Assembly: GCA_965198175.1 (NCBI GenBank)
Contig: OZ240245.1
Location: 2,464,001 to 2,528,000 of the forward strand
Direction of reading: 5' to 3'
Origin: Candidatus Poribacteria bacterium
Lineage (GTDB): Bacteria > Poribacteria > WGA-4E > PCPOR2b
Length of the DNA: 64,000 nt
Part shown: one piece after another, positions 62,235 through 64,000 of the stretch
How positions within the stretch are numbered: the stretch's first letter is position 1
How the letters are laid out: each line of letters begins with the position of its first letter
The notes under the pieces: generated by a model
The model's input: the letters and a program-made list of their open reading frames with translations, nothing else
The model's database searches: none
What the model was told of the DNA's origin: nothing
Made by a program: the position numbers and the translations under genes

Positions 62235-64000
<1,766 letters not shown>

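Overview
Gene-dense bacterial chromosome segment from a diderm (LPS-making) organism: waaA-like Kdo transferase, GT9 heptosyltransferase, Wzi-like and beta-barrel proteins. Two PhyH dioxygenases, a DUF6785-type membrane protein, FG-GAP/ASPIC proteins and GTAG-type repeats are reminiscent of Candidatus Poribacteria (inference only). Most of it is housekeeping (menG/ubiE, moeA, fumC, hsp20-lon, trxA, rtcA, glnD, cyclophilin, KamA-like, gpmI, an EF-G paralog, aroC, an ABC exporter). Accessory patches: (i) a TetR unit with two matching operators (19.2-22.3 kb), then a repeat-flanked membrane-gene cassette and an HTH + MTase-Mrr pair downstream of glnD-rtcA; (ii) an AT-rich island of small orphans (36.0-39.2 kb) with a SymE/AbrB-like ORF, a perfect palindrome and a candidate structured RNA; (iii) a nuclease gene between two diverged copies of the ABC gene 3' end (54.7-56.5 kb). 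Other signals: a dTMP-kinase-like pair with a tandemly duplicated P-loop, a probable ATC start codon, an unannotated 34-aa basic peptide with a perfect Shine-Dalgarno, and an mgtE pseudogene. No tRNA, rRNA, CRISPR array, integrase or transposase was recognised. All family calls come from motif recognition, not database searches.
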